From positions 16,212,645 through 16,276,644 of the forward strand of contig OZ316893.1 of NCBI GenBank assembly GCA_973895155.1: 64,000 nt of DNA, written 5' to 3'. Position 1 is the first letter of the stretch, and the number at the start of each line of letters is the position of its first letter. Shown in pieces: positions 34,434 to 46,832 of this stretch. The notes beneath the pieces were generated by a model. It was not told the DNA's origin. It searched no databases and worked only from the letters and a program-made list of their open reading frames with translations. A program made the translations under genes and the position numbers. Source of the DNA: Marsupella aquatica (taxonomy: Eukaryota > Plantae > Marchantiophyta).

Positions 34434-37400
34434 TTGGAAAGCATACACACTGATGTGTGCGGACCGATAGACCCCCCAAGTGGCCCATTCCAGTTTTTCC
34501 TGGTTGTCATAGACGGATCCACAAAGTGGTCTCAGATATCTCTGTTATTGACCAGAAACCTAGTCTTTTCCAGACTACTGCCCACATTTTAAAATTGAGA
34601 GCACAATTCCCTGAAAATTAGATTAAGACCCTCAGAGTTGACAATGCAGGAGAATTTACCTCCAAAACATTCAAAGATTACTGCCAAGCAGTGGGCATAG
34701 ATGTCTAGTATCCAGTCCCCCACGTCCACTTCCAAAATGGGATTGCCAAATCCCTGATTAAACGCCTGCAAATGATGGCACGACCACTACTCATGCAGAT
34801 GAGCTTCCCAACAGCAGCCTGGGGGCATGCCATTCTTCACTCCGCTGCACTACTCAGCTATAGACCATCATCATTTAATTCAAGCACCCCACATCACCTT
34901 GCACTAGGAAACACACCGAACGTCTCTCACTTGAGAACATTCGGCTGTAAGGTCATGGTTCCCATCCTGGGTCCCAAGCAAACCAAGATGGGGCCACAAA
35001 GGCATGCAGGAATATACATTGGTTTTGATTCCGCTTCAATTATAAGATACATGGAACCTGCCACATCTGACGTTTTTAAAGCACGCTTTGTGGACTGCCA
35101 CTTCTATGAAGAGATCTTTCCTAGACTGCAAACGAAGTAGCAAACCGATAAAGAGAAGACCTCGGCACTTACTTGGCAAATTGAGGCTGGATTTTGGAAC
35201 GACCCCCGGGACAGCCACACAGACACAGAAGTACAGAGAATCCTACATCTTGCAAGGATGGTAGAACAACTACCAGACTCCTTCACGGATGCTGCACAAG
35301 TGACCAGGTCACACATACCAGCAGCAAACGCTCCATCCAGAATCCAAATGGAGATAGCACCAGCATCAGAGTCAGCCCCAAAGGCGAAGAGAGGCCTGCC
35401 CCCAGGCTCTGGAGACAAACAACCAAGACAGAGGAGAGCTGCCCCCCCAGTGCACCCAGTGCATTGACCAGGGATCAAACCCTAATATAACCGAATGCAC
35501 CAGAAGACAATGAAGAGATATCAATCAATTATGGCAGAACCGGACATGTATGGGACAGAAAGAATACCACAATAGAAGAGCAGTTCGCCTTCCACATAGC
35601 ACAACAGATCGAAGACGAACTGCCCGACCCAAGAACAATCAAGGAAGCAGAAAATCAATCGGACTGGCCTGAATGGCAGAAGGCCATCCACTTAGAACTC
35701 GATTCATTAATATCTCGCCAAGTGTTCGAACCGATAACAGCAACAGAACCTGAAACACATCTAACAGGCTATAAATGCGAAAGGCGAGGTGACAAGATAC
35801 AAGGCCCGACTAGTGGCCAGAGGGTTCACTCAAGTTTCAGGCAGGGACTATGACCTAACGTATTCGCCCGTAATGGACGTGATTACATACAGGTACCTGA
35901 TTACATTCTCTCAACACCACAATTTATCCATGCACCAGATGGATATTGTGACAGCTTATTTATACGGACACTTAGACAAAGTGATATATATGGAGGCCCC
36001 TCCAGGACTGGTGCAGCGAGTTGAGCACCACAGCAAGGGGAAACAATCACATCCAACCGGGAACCAGAAACAAATGGAGACATTTGAGCATACAAACTCA
36101 GCCATCCTAAACTATAATACACTTTTGCGCCCTTTTTTGCAGTGTCAAAAAAAATTCAAAAAAAGTTAATCCGAGCAAACCAAGGAATCAGAGCAATATT
36201 AAATTTAGTGTACACCAAAAGTGAATCAAGTGCATTCCAAACAAATGGGGAATCAAATGGGACACAAAAAAGAGCGAACCAATGCACATGCACGAGTATC
36301 AAGGAGATCACTTATCCATACACAAGAAGTACAAAGGTACATTTAATGCATATAATACTTTCTATTATTGCAGGAACTGCAATATTATTGTATAATATAA
36401 TAATGATAATAATTTAATTAAAATATCAAAAGCTATTAAAGACTATAATACAAAGTTGTGCATTTTCTTCTATGGTCATCACTCAAAATGGCGGGGCATT
36501 TTGGGTGGAAAAAATTGACACTAAAAAAGTGGAAACTATAAACAGCAAAAAAAAAAACTGAGTGCACAAAACGTCCCGTGGTGACCCCGCTTTCCCTCCA
36601 GCACCTCGACTCGGTGGCGCACCGACGAGCCCTGACAAGCCCAACCGTGTCACGGTCTCGCTCCCTCCCCAACAGCCCCGACTACCTTGCTCCCTCCCTT
36701 GACAAGCCCCGACAAGCCCACCGTCGGCGACCCTCCATCCTTGCCCCAACTCCCGCTCCCTCTCTTGCCTGCTCCTCGCCTCCGTCTTGCCCCGCCCTCC
36801 CTCACCGCGGCCTTGCCTTGCCTCACCCAAGTCCCTCCTCCTCCTCCAGCCCCGCCCTGCCTTAATGGCGCTGGAGTGCACACTCAGTAAGGAAGACCAT
36901 TGGATTTTAAGGTCAGCGGGTACTAAATTTCAGTCGTGGTCAAAGAGTTCTTTACAAGGGGAAGGGTACAAAAATTGTGAATTGTTGTGATTGAGGTAAA
37001 TTGTACATAACACGGTGTAGAAAAAAATTCAGTCAAACTACAGAACATTTAGACTCTATGAACATACATTTTAGAGAGCATTGTTAGCCATAATGCCCCC
37101 AAAACAAGGGTTTTAGCACAAGTTTTGAGAGTTAATATTGTTCATAATCAGGAATAGGAAGTTAACACACCTGAAGAGTAAAATATTTTCATTTTCCTCA
37201 CTTTAGTAAAAGCAGAGGAGAAATAAAAATGTGGCGATCCATATTTTGAATGTGCATTTTTTTTATAAATGCCCTGAAATTAATTGTAAAAAGTAAATTC
37301 ATGAAGGGCTTAAGCTAGGAAAGTGATAAGAGATAGATTATCTTATTTGAAGGCCATTGTAAAGGCCTATTTTTCCGCATTTTATGTCCAAGAAAACTAT

Positions 37401-37891
37401 CCATGTGTGCATTGGAGGATATGAACATAGCTCAAAAATTTCACTTTCCATTATGAGAGCCTTTGTAAATGTTTGCAATTAGAAGAAATTAAGGTCTCAT
37501 GTTAATTGCTTTTGCTTTTTGTTATCTCTATCAAAACATATAATACACTATTGCACCAGAAAATGGCGTGACCATCATTTGAATTTAACATGATGTTTTG
37601 GGTGGGAAGTACCAAAACTGTAAAAAGAAAGGAATAAATCTGGAAAAACTGTCCTCCACTTTTCTCCCCGCAACCCTCTCCTCTCGGCCCTCAATGCACA
37701 GTGGTGCAGCCACGTGTCGCTCTCCTCCCCCCCCCTCCCCGCCATGCTGCCCTCTTCGGTGTGCTCCTCTCTCCCTCCAAACTCCAAGTACTCTAAGGAG
37801 ACAAAAATAACAAAACCTCCAACCTTTAACATCTTAGCTTGCATCTTAGGCACCTCAACATCTTTTTACTTTGCGCCATCTTTGACATAAC

Positions 37892-40800
37892 TGTTGTAAT
37901 AGACAACTAAAGGAACGCTCAAAGATACTCCAACAAGATAGATCCATTACTATTGATGAGGGGATATATATATCCCCTTGGTTACATGGTAGGCAAATGC
38001 CCTTATACTGGTCCTATGGTTAGGAGTTCTCATACTATGGTTAAGGGTTCTCGCCCTATGGTTAAGGGGTAAACTAGGGTTTACAACACTCCCCCTTGGT
38101 TAGTTTATGGAGGAGCATAAAGTAACCACATCTCTTGAACCTAGGGTATAATCCGGTTTAGGGGTCCACCTGTGTGATGTAGCCTCATTAAAACCTCGCC
38201 GCTTTCTTCTCGAGGAAAGAGTGCTACCATCACTTATATAGGTGGTTTCCCATATCTAATGTCCTGGTTAAGCCTTTTTGCCATGTCTTAGTTAGTGTTA
38301 ATCGTATGTGCTAAGTGGGGTTATGTGAATGTTCCTAATGGATGTCTAGTCTCCCCCTCAGCTCGTTGCCTGGTGTGCGCCTCGTGTTGTTCTTCATGTC
38401 GTTTTGCGTATTGCGCTTCGCTTCGTGTTGTGCTTTGGGTTAGTGAGGCCAAGTCGGGCGTTTTTGCGTTGGTTTGCGTTGTTTCACGTCGGGGATGTGG
38501 TGTGGCGCTCGCCGAGTGTGGTGGTCGGGCATCTGGAGGCGGCTTCATCGGGCGACAGCTTCGTCGTTGGGTAATCCTTTCGAGCTTCAGTGTTATGAGG
38601 TGGGCTTGATCGTGGACAATCTGCTCATGCCTATGCCTTCGAGGTGCGCTCTGTGCAATCCGGCTGGTAGTGGTTTCGTAAACATGTCTGCTCGATTGTC
38701 CTGAGATTTGATCCATGCAACATTGATACTTTTCCCTTGTTGTTCTTGCGTGAAGAAATACTTGGGGTCAATATGCTTGGTCCTCTCGGTCTTCAGGATT
38801 CCGTTGGTTATCTGGTCGATACACGCCTTATTGTCTTCGTAGATTGTGGTTGGCTCTGTTATCTGTGGTTTACCGGTGCTGGACCTAATATGATTGATAA
38901 TGCTTCGTAGCCATACAGCTTCTCTGCACGCCTCGTATAACGCTATGATTTCCGAGTGGTTGGATGACGTTGTGGTCATTGTTTGCTTTGAACTTCGCCA
39001 AGATATTGCTGTCGTCCCCTGTAAGAACACGTACCCAATCTGTGATTTGGAGTCCTGGGGGTCCGACAGGTAGCCGGCATCAGTGTAACCGGTAAGCGTA
39101 TCGGGGCTATTCTTAGGAAAGAATAGTCCAAGGTCGATCGTCCCTTGTAGGTATCTCATGATCCTCTTGATGCCGTTCCAATGCCTGATGGTGGGCTGTG
39201 CGCTGTGTCTCGCTAAGAGACTGACGGCGAACGATATGTCAGGTCTCGTCTGGTTCGCTAGATACATAAGGGCGCCCACCGCTGATAGGTACGGTTTTTC
39301 TGATCCCAGTATGGGTTCGTCTTCTTGGCGCTTCCGAAACATATCTTTGATCGGGTCTAGAGATCTGAGTTCCATCGGGGTGGAGACAGGGTAGGATTTC
39401 TGCATGTTGAATTGATGAAGTATCTTCTGCGTGTATGTCGATTGGTAAAGGAATATGCCTGTTTCTAAGTGTTCGATCTGCAGGCCTAGGCAGTGGTTGG
39501 GTCTTCCAAGGTCCTTCATCTCGAAGACTCCTTTCAGTGTATGTATTGTGTCTTTCATCATCTGTTTAGTCCCGAATAAGTTCACATCGTCCACGTACAG
39601 TGCTAGTATCAGGACTTCGTCCATATGCTTTTTGATGAAGATGCAGGGGGCCAGTCCGCTATTTGTAAATCCGAGGGCGAGCATCTTTGTCTGGAATTTC
39701 TGATACCAGATTCTGCCGCTCTGTTTAAGTCCGTTGATGGAACGTAACACTTGGACTGTAAGTTTTGTTGTTAATTTCTTTCCTCTGGTATGCATTGCCT
39801 GTGTATTTCCACTTTGCATCAAGAGGGCCTTTGTATCCCCATCAGGTATTATTTGGCTGATGCCCTTTTTAATCTCTGTATTCAGGTTCTGGGACGTCTC
39901 CCCCTGAATGTGCTGCTTGACCCTCTCTATCAGTTCCGGGGGGGCAGTCATGTATATCTCAGTATCGAGTGTGCCGTAAAGGTACGCGGTTACCACGTCC
40001 ATAAGGTTATTAACCAGTTTATGGTGGACTGAATGTGCTGTGAGATAGCGATATGTAGTAGCGTCCATTACTGGTGAGTATGTTAAATCGTAGTCCCTGC
40101 CCGGGATTTGTGTGTAGCCTTTGGCTACTAGCCGGGCTCGATATCTTACTACTATGCCTTTCTCATTTCGTTTTTTCAAGAATGTAAATCGAGAGTCGGT
40201 GTAATGTGTACCTGGTAATGCCATTTTAAATGGTCCGAATACTTGTCGCTTGATGAGGGCGTCCATCTCGGTATGTATTGCTGCTTGCCACTTTGGCCAA
40301 TCTGGTTGTTTCTTTGCCTCGTTTATAGTGAGCGGATCAGGAATATCGTTGGTGATTTCCTGTATTACGTTATAGGCAAATTGTTCATCAATTTGGGTTG
40401 TCGGTCGTTTATATATGTTACCTGTTTGCATGTATGTGATTGACATTTCCTCGTTTTCTTCACTCAGTGGGTCGTTTTGATTTATCGCTGTCACGTTAAG
40501 TGTGATCGCTGGTTCCAGCGCGGGTGTACCCAAGTTTGCTGCTGGAGTTTTACGTTGGCGAGGCTGGGAGTCCTTGATCCCTGGTGGTCTGCCTCGCTTT
40601 GCTCTGGGGGCTGTTACATTGGCCGGTGTCGAGGAGGTTTGTACTCGCGATGGCGCATTAGCTGCTAAGTTGTGGGATCTTGTGACATTTGCAGCGTCGT
40701 TAAATGAGTCTGGAATCTTTTCGAGCATTTCATGTAGGTGGAGAAGTCATCTGACTTCTTCGTCTGCCTGCTTGGTTCTGGGGTCATTTCTGTTTTGGTC

Positions 40801-43097
40801 TGCTTTCCAATTTATGGGCATTTTCGTTGTGTCCTTGGATTGTGTTGATGCTGTATTCGTGAGCTGTGGGAATTGATCTTCATAAAAATGGCAGTCCTGA
40901 TGTCTTGCCTTGAACAGGTCTGCCGTAGTCGGTTCAAGGTATCTAATGATCGAAGTAGAGTCAAACCCAACATAGATACCTGCATTCCGTTGGGGTCCGA
41001 GTTTTGTTCTCTTTGGTCCTAAGATAGGCACCATTACCTGGCATCCGAAAATGCGTAGGTGGGACAGGTCCGGTGGTATGCCGAACGCCAGGTGGTATGG
41101 TGTCTTAGAGTTATATGCTGACGGTCTATATTGGATTAGTGCAGCTGCGTGAAGGATGGCATGTCCCCATGCTGATGTGGGTAAGTTTGACTTCATTAAC
41201 AGTGGTCTTGCCACCATTTGAAGTCTCTTAATAACCGACTCAGCTATACCGTTCTGAAAATGAACGTGGGGAACTGTATATTGAGTATCGATGCCCGCTG
41301 CCCAGCAAAAGTCGTCGAATGTTCTTGATGTGAACTCGCCAGCTCCATCTACTCTTAATCTTCTTGTAGGATACTCTGGGAACTGTGCTCTTAATTTAAG
41401 AATATGTGCTAAGATCCGCGCAAATGCCAAGTTGCGGGTAGATAGCAATGAAATCTGCAGCCATTTAGTTGATGAGTCGATGATTACCAGGAAATATTTG
41501 AAAGGGCCGCTCGGGGGGTCTATAGGTCCGCAGATATCTGCATTGATCTGCTCTAGGAACTGTGGTATTGAAAATATTGTTTTTGGTATTGATGGTCGTA
41601 TGGTCATTTTTCCTTGTGAGCACGCTATGCAGGCTGTTTTTACCTTTGGCTTGACTGTCTTGGGGATTCCTTTGGAGTCCCTTATAATCCTGTTGTACAT
41701 AGTGGTACCCGGGTGGCCCAGTCGACAGTGCCAGATGTATGTCATATCCTCTGATTCTTGGTGTATATGGAATGTTTGGATACTGGTTGCGTATAGGCCT
41801 GGGGGGATCAATGCAAATGTTTCTTTAATGGATGGCTTACCCTGTATGTCTTGTATGATCTGTAATGTCTCTGTTTTGCCCTGAGTATTCGTGCGCAGTT
41901 GGAGGTTATTGGATCTGATATCCTGGAAGCTGATGAGGTTTCGGGTCGATGTGGTGGGGGGTCTGATCCTGCTGGGCGCTTTCTGGCGTTTTGCAAGGCC
42001 ACGATCTGTTGCTTCTCTTCCACAAGTAAGTGAGCAATCAGATCTGAGTACTTAGTGAAACGCATGTTCCTATATTGTGTACCTAATGTGATATTAGATT
42101 CAGGGAATGTCGATAGTGTCTTATCGATTCTATCTATGTCATTTATTGGATGTCCACACATTTCTAATTGAGATGTAATTCTGCACAGTGCGCTATTGTA
42201 ATTGGCAATTGTGGTGTGGTCCATGACGCGCAGGTTATGCCAATCCCTTCTTGCCTCTGGGAGCCATATCTCCCTCATATGATCAAATCGGGCTTTGAGG
42301 AGATCCCATAGTTTTCTTGGATTAATTTCGTTCATATACTCATTCTTTAGTTGAGGGGTTAGATGTTGCCTGAGTAGAAACGCTGCCTTAGCCTTTTGTT
42401 TGAGCGTGACATCGATGTCGGTATCTAAGGTGTCTTCAAGGTCTTGTGATGTAAAGTAAGTTTCGACATCTGTGATCCACGTCAAATAGTTGGATCCGTC
42501 GACTTTAAGTGCTGGCCATAATAATTTTTCGACTGTATTCATTATTCGGGATGTCAGTTGATTTAAGAACTTTGGTGAAGATTGAATCGAGTGAAGTATC
42601 TCGATTGTACAATTGACCGGTTGGAAGCTTGTATATGGAGCTGAGGGAGCTTTCAATCATGCCAATAAAGTATTAGTCCTTTGGACTCTCGATATGCTGG
42701 TCCCGAATTGATGCTCTATGTGAAATTTCGTGTTTTGTAAAAAAATTCAACTCTGAGGCAAAAGAATGGAGACCAAGAAAAAAAACGGTTATGGCAGTTT
42801 CTAAAAAAAAATGCCACTTTACGAGCATTCTCCTCGTGTAAAACTCGATTGCATCTGCTTGAAAAAAAATGATTTTAGAGACTGGCTCGTGCTGATAACG
42901 TGTTGTAATAGACAACTAAAGGAACGCTCAAAGATACTCCAACAAGATAGATCCATTACTATTGATGAGGGGATATATATATCCCCTTGGTTACATGGTA
43001 GGCAAATGCCCTTATACTGGTCCTATGGTTAGGAGTTCTCATACTATGGTTAAGGGTTCTCGCCCTATGGTTAAGGGGTAAACTAGGGTTTACAACA
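37892..43097 (-). mobile_element. Young Bianca-type Copia with an internal deletion
   Basis: 197-bp LTRs (37892-38088 and 42901-43097), identical by eye. TSD ATAAC. PPT AAGGGGGAG. PBS CGTTATCAGCACGA at 42900-42887. Confidence 0.96.
38593..42542 (-). pseudogene. Bianca gag-pol: Gag, (zinc knuckle and protease deleted), INT, RT, RH
   Basis: DGSNYLTW Gag; junction near 41945 into RNLISFQD; WHCRLGH..CIAC; ADICGPIDPPSGPF; in-frame TGA at 40747; RARLVAKGY, YVDD, GYTDAGY, SNHSEII, KHIDPKY. Confidence 0.9.
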
Positions 43098-43102
43098 ATA
43101 AC

Positions 43103-43755
43103 ATCATTGTTTTACTTGACAACATCTTTGGCATCCTGACATCTTTCTACTTCGCGACATTTTACATGATACAACATCTTTTGCGCCATGGTATTTTTTT
43201 AATTTCTTGACATCTTTTTACTTCACTACATCTTTGGCACCACGACATCTTTTTACTTCACAACATCTTGACATAACAGCATCTTTGGCGCCATGACATC
43301 TTTTTACTTTGCGCCATCTTTGACATAACATCATTGTTTTACTTGACAACATCTTTGACATCATGACATCTTTCTACTTCATAACATTTTACATGATACA
43401 ACATCTTTTGCGCCATGGTATTTTTTTAATTTCTTGACATCTTTTTACTTCACTACATCTTTGGCAGCACGACATCTTTTTACTTCACAACATCTTTGAC
43501 ATGATAGCATCTTTGGCGCCATGACATCTTTTTACTCGATGACATTTCTTTACTTGATGACATCTTTCACATAACGACATCTTTGGTGACAAAACTTCTT
43601 TATTCTTAACATTTTTTTTCTTGGCGACATCTTTCACATAACGACATCTTGGGTTACACGACATCTTTTTTCTTATCAACGTCTTCACATAACAACATCT
43701 TGGGCAGAACGACTTCTTTTTTCTTATCGACATCCTGACCGACACGACATCTTTT
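43103..43755. repeat. Degenerate ~20-bp tandem array (GACATCTTT core) with a larger ~240-bp higher-order repeat, inside the Helitron
   Basis: acatcttt recurs more than 25 times. The array also appears at 37855-37891, left of the Bianca insertion. Confidence 0.85.
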
Positions 43756-44340
43756 GTGCAACGCACAGGTATTGAGCTCGTACTCCATAAAACTGCAGCG
43801 GCAATAGCACTCAGAGTTCCCATACAACAAATTCAGAAACAGAGGAATCCCACCTCAAGAACTCGCTTTGCAGTACAGGTTTTAAGATCAATGTATGGGC
43901 TTAAACAAAGCGGATTGACATGGTACAAAAGATTCAAATCCGAGATGCTAGCCATGGGATTTAAGAATGCTGATATAGCTCCATGCCTGTTTCTGAAGCG
44001 AGAGGAAAAAGAAATTATTATTGTGGCTATATATGTGGACGATTTGAACCTATTCGGAACAACAAATATTATGATGGAAACCATCAAGCTACTGAAAAAG
44101 GCCTTCGAGATGCGCGACCTAGGGCAGACTTCTTTCTGCCTAGGCTTACAATTTGAGCATCTGCAAAATGGCATCTTACTGCATCAGTCCACATACATCA
44201 AAAACATTTTGAAGCAATTTAACATGGACAAGGCCACAGCAGTCAAATCTCCCATGGACATTCAATCCCTTGATAAAGAAAAGGACATCTTCCGGAAGAG
44301 AAATGAGATGGAGCCACTACTTGGCCCAGAAAAACCGGGT

Positions 44341-44690
44341 ATAGTGACGGAGACAGGAAACAGGTAAATAGGAATTTTTTTTCCTATTTTTAATATGCTG
44401 TTACCAGGAAAAAATCACTGTTACCAGGAAAAAATCACTGTTACCAGGAAAAATGACAATTTAAAAATGTCTCCTAAAACATGTTATTTCCAACAAAAAT
44501 TAACAATGCAACATTTTTGGCTAGCTTTGGGCGTTACTATTAGCAGCGCCGGGTGCTAGCAAAAAAAACTGGTCAACCGAAGAAAAAAAATTCAAAAAAA
44601 ATTCAAAAAAAAATTCCACCCATTTTCCTGTGACCAGTTTTTTTTCCTGTTACCAGTTTCTGTTATTAAATCCTGTTTCCTGTTTGCTAT
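44341..44690. mobile_element. MITE-like element with imperfect terminal inverted repeats
   Basis: atagtgacggagacaggaaacagg pairs with cctgtttcctgtttgctat. Internal 20-bp repeat gttaccaggaaaaaatcact x3. No TSD seen. Confidence 0.5.
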
Positions 44691-45029
44691 CTTTTGTAAA
44701 CACCTCGACATAAATATCCGATGCATTTCGTGATGGTCCTAGTCCGATACAACTACCAACGCAAACATCTTGCGATGCATTAAGGTTCGGACGTATTATG
44801 TGGTCATGGCGACATAGTTTCCGATATGTTTAGTGTTGGACAATGTCCGATAGTAATAAGATGGGACAACGTATGCGATGGGTTCTACATCGGAATGTAG
44901 AGGTCTGATGGGATCAGGATCGGAAAATACATTGCGGGGCACATCGAATATTGTCCAAAGTGTTCGGAATTGGATGGGTGAAGTTTGGCTCAAAAGGAGT
45001 ATCGGAAAACTGCCAAAAATGTACTAGTG
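44691..45029. mobile_element. CACTA terminus (right-facing end)
   Basis: TGTACTAGTG ends at 45029, preceded by many CCGAT/ATCGG repeats. Confidence 0.8.
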
Positions 45030-45252
45030 AAGCGATGTAAGTTGTGTAGCGATGTGTATGCGCACGACAGCTGCTCCCGATGTTGATCTTCCCGAATACC
45101 CTCCAATGTGTGCCAACAAAGAGATTGAGCAAAGTGAAAGGCATCACTGTGCTCCTTCTCTGGGTGATGGACCCCTCCAAAAAAAACATTCCGAATGGCG
45201 ATCCATCCAGCCTCGGCATTATCGGCAATAAATCCTCCAATGAGTGGGTCAT

Positions 45253-46832
45253 CACTAGTACAGAATTCACCCTTAATCCAATTCTCCTCAAATCGGACCC
45301 CTTCGGCAGATTGTTGCAGTTTTTACCGATGTTCCAATTTAAGTCGCATTGTATCATCCAATCCCCAAACAATCGGGTTAGCGTTATCGGACCGAGATCG
45401 GACTTGTCCAATTAAACTAGTATCGGAAAGACGCATACAATTCAAAAGAAATGGCAAACAATTGTCCAATTATGTGAGAATGGCATGACCATTTCCAAGT
45501 ACTTCGCAATCGGAAACTATTGTGCTATTGTACTACAATGGGACAGGGGTCCCAATTAGAATCAAATCAAAAATTGAAGTGCGATTACCCCAATCGGCGG
45601 CCCTAGTGCTGCCCGGCCTGATCCTACTCCTCCACGGGTTGCATATCACTAGCTAACTGGTGTATTCTTTTGTGTGAGGCTTCAAGTCTTAGCAAGACTG
45701 TGGGCTACTAGAGAAGTCAGGTCACCCATCCCAAACACTATTCCTCAATAGGTGCTTAACTTCCTAGTTCTTAGCTCTTGCGTTGTACATGCAACCTTAG
45801 GCACATTTGATGTTTCTTATAGAGTGCCTGGGGTTTTTATACACCTTTGAGTTCATTTAGATCCACAGTTTGGGCCAATTCTTGATGAATTCTTGCGTAT
45901 CATGACATTGGGTTGCGTGTTCAATTATGAAAGCTCTATGTTGACCATATGGGAACCAATTTACCTATCAATGTTAGATCTCCAAACAAACCTATGTCCT
46001 CCTCAAATTGCTACAATTCCTTTTGGGGCGTGGTTAAGTTCATTTAGGGATACAATATATATAGAATTTTGACCTAGATGACAATGAAGACAACTATTTT
46101 TGTTGACCGCAAGAATTTTTTTTCATCGAGTCAAAAGGCTTTGACTTACAATTTAACGAAAACTTTTGGTAACCATTATAGGGTAGTGCATTGTAAAGAT
46201 AGGAATGGCCATTGGCATAAGATTTCTCATCCTAGGAACACATACTACAAAGGCTATGCTACACATGATTCAGGACCGGTCAATACTTTCCATGAGCAGA
46301 TGAGGGATGACCCTGGCCTTGCCAAAGGTTCCAATTCTAAATGAATCGTAGACACACTTCCAATTCCCAAAGAGTTGGACCAAGATCTCATTGTATTTGT
46401 ATTGCAAATATGAATCCCATTGCCTACCACTTGGAAACAATTGTCCAATCCTGAAAACCTTGGAATATCCAATTCCATGCGCATCAAAAACTTCCAATTT
46501 GTATTGAATGGCAACTTCCAATTCTAATTTGATCGGAAAACGTGCTTACATTTTTCTTTGGAAAGGGGTTCCAATTCATCTAGCATTGGAGAAGAATCGG
46601 ACCAAGCGGTCCAATTGTTTCTGGCTTGGACAAACAATCCAACTTTTCCTACATCGTAGTGACGGCCCGTTTGTGATTGGGTTGGAATGGTGATAGTCCA
46701 ATTCTAGTTTAATGGCAAGGTATGATACGCGTTGGCTTGGACGGTTGGATCGTACATCCAATTAGAATAGAATCGGAAACCTTGGCATCATCGGAAGGTG
46801 AGAATCGGACTAGGCCCCAAAATGTACTAGTG
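45253..46832. mobile_element. Non-autonomous CACTA element (1580 bp)
   Basis: TIRs CACTAGTACA (45253) and TGTACTAGTG (46832). 3-bp TSD CAT on both sides. ATCGG/CCAAT subterminal repeats. Confidence 0.93.
45719..45771 (-). other. 5S rRNA-derived fragment (not a full gene)
   Basis: aggtcacccatcccaaacactattcctcaataggtgcttaacttcctagttct aligns to the reverse complement of the plant 5S internal region (AGGTCACCCATCCTAGTACTACTCTCGCCCAAGCACGCTTAACT.CGGAGTTCT). Confidence 0.6.

Larger units (their letters stand above)
36105..43780 (+). mobile_element. Non-autonomous Helitron (~2.5 kb without the nested Copia)
   Basis: Inserted between A(36104) and T(43781) with no TSD. 5' end TCCTAAACTATAA. 3' hairpin TGTGC-AAC-GCACA followed by ...GAGCTCG (CTRR variant). 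Removing it restores the host pol frame. Confidence 0.82.
34434..44340 (+). mobile_element. Decayed Bianca-type Copia pol (INT-RT), split by a Helitron into 34434-36104 and 43781-44340; truncated at both ends
   Basis: ESIHTDVCGPIDPPSGPF, WGHAILHSA, KARLVARGFTQ, MYGLKQSG, IYVDD. The two parts rejoin in frame as ...NSAI|LHKTAAA... Confidence 0.88.

Noticed and set aside
36436-36990. Overlapping GC-rich ORFs (also at 28824-29832)
   Set aside because: Low-complexity, stop-poor non-coding TE sequence with no motifs. Most short antisense ORFs in the track are shadows of pol genes.
43103-43755. CRISPR-like or coding repeat (ORF 43485-43823)
   Set aside because: A degenerate minisatellite inside a Helitron; the ORF is a by-product of the repeat.
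33249-45029. One intact CACTA element between these two facing termini
   Set aside because: The flanking triplets (GTT and AAG) do not form a TSD, and the flanks belong to different interrupted genes.
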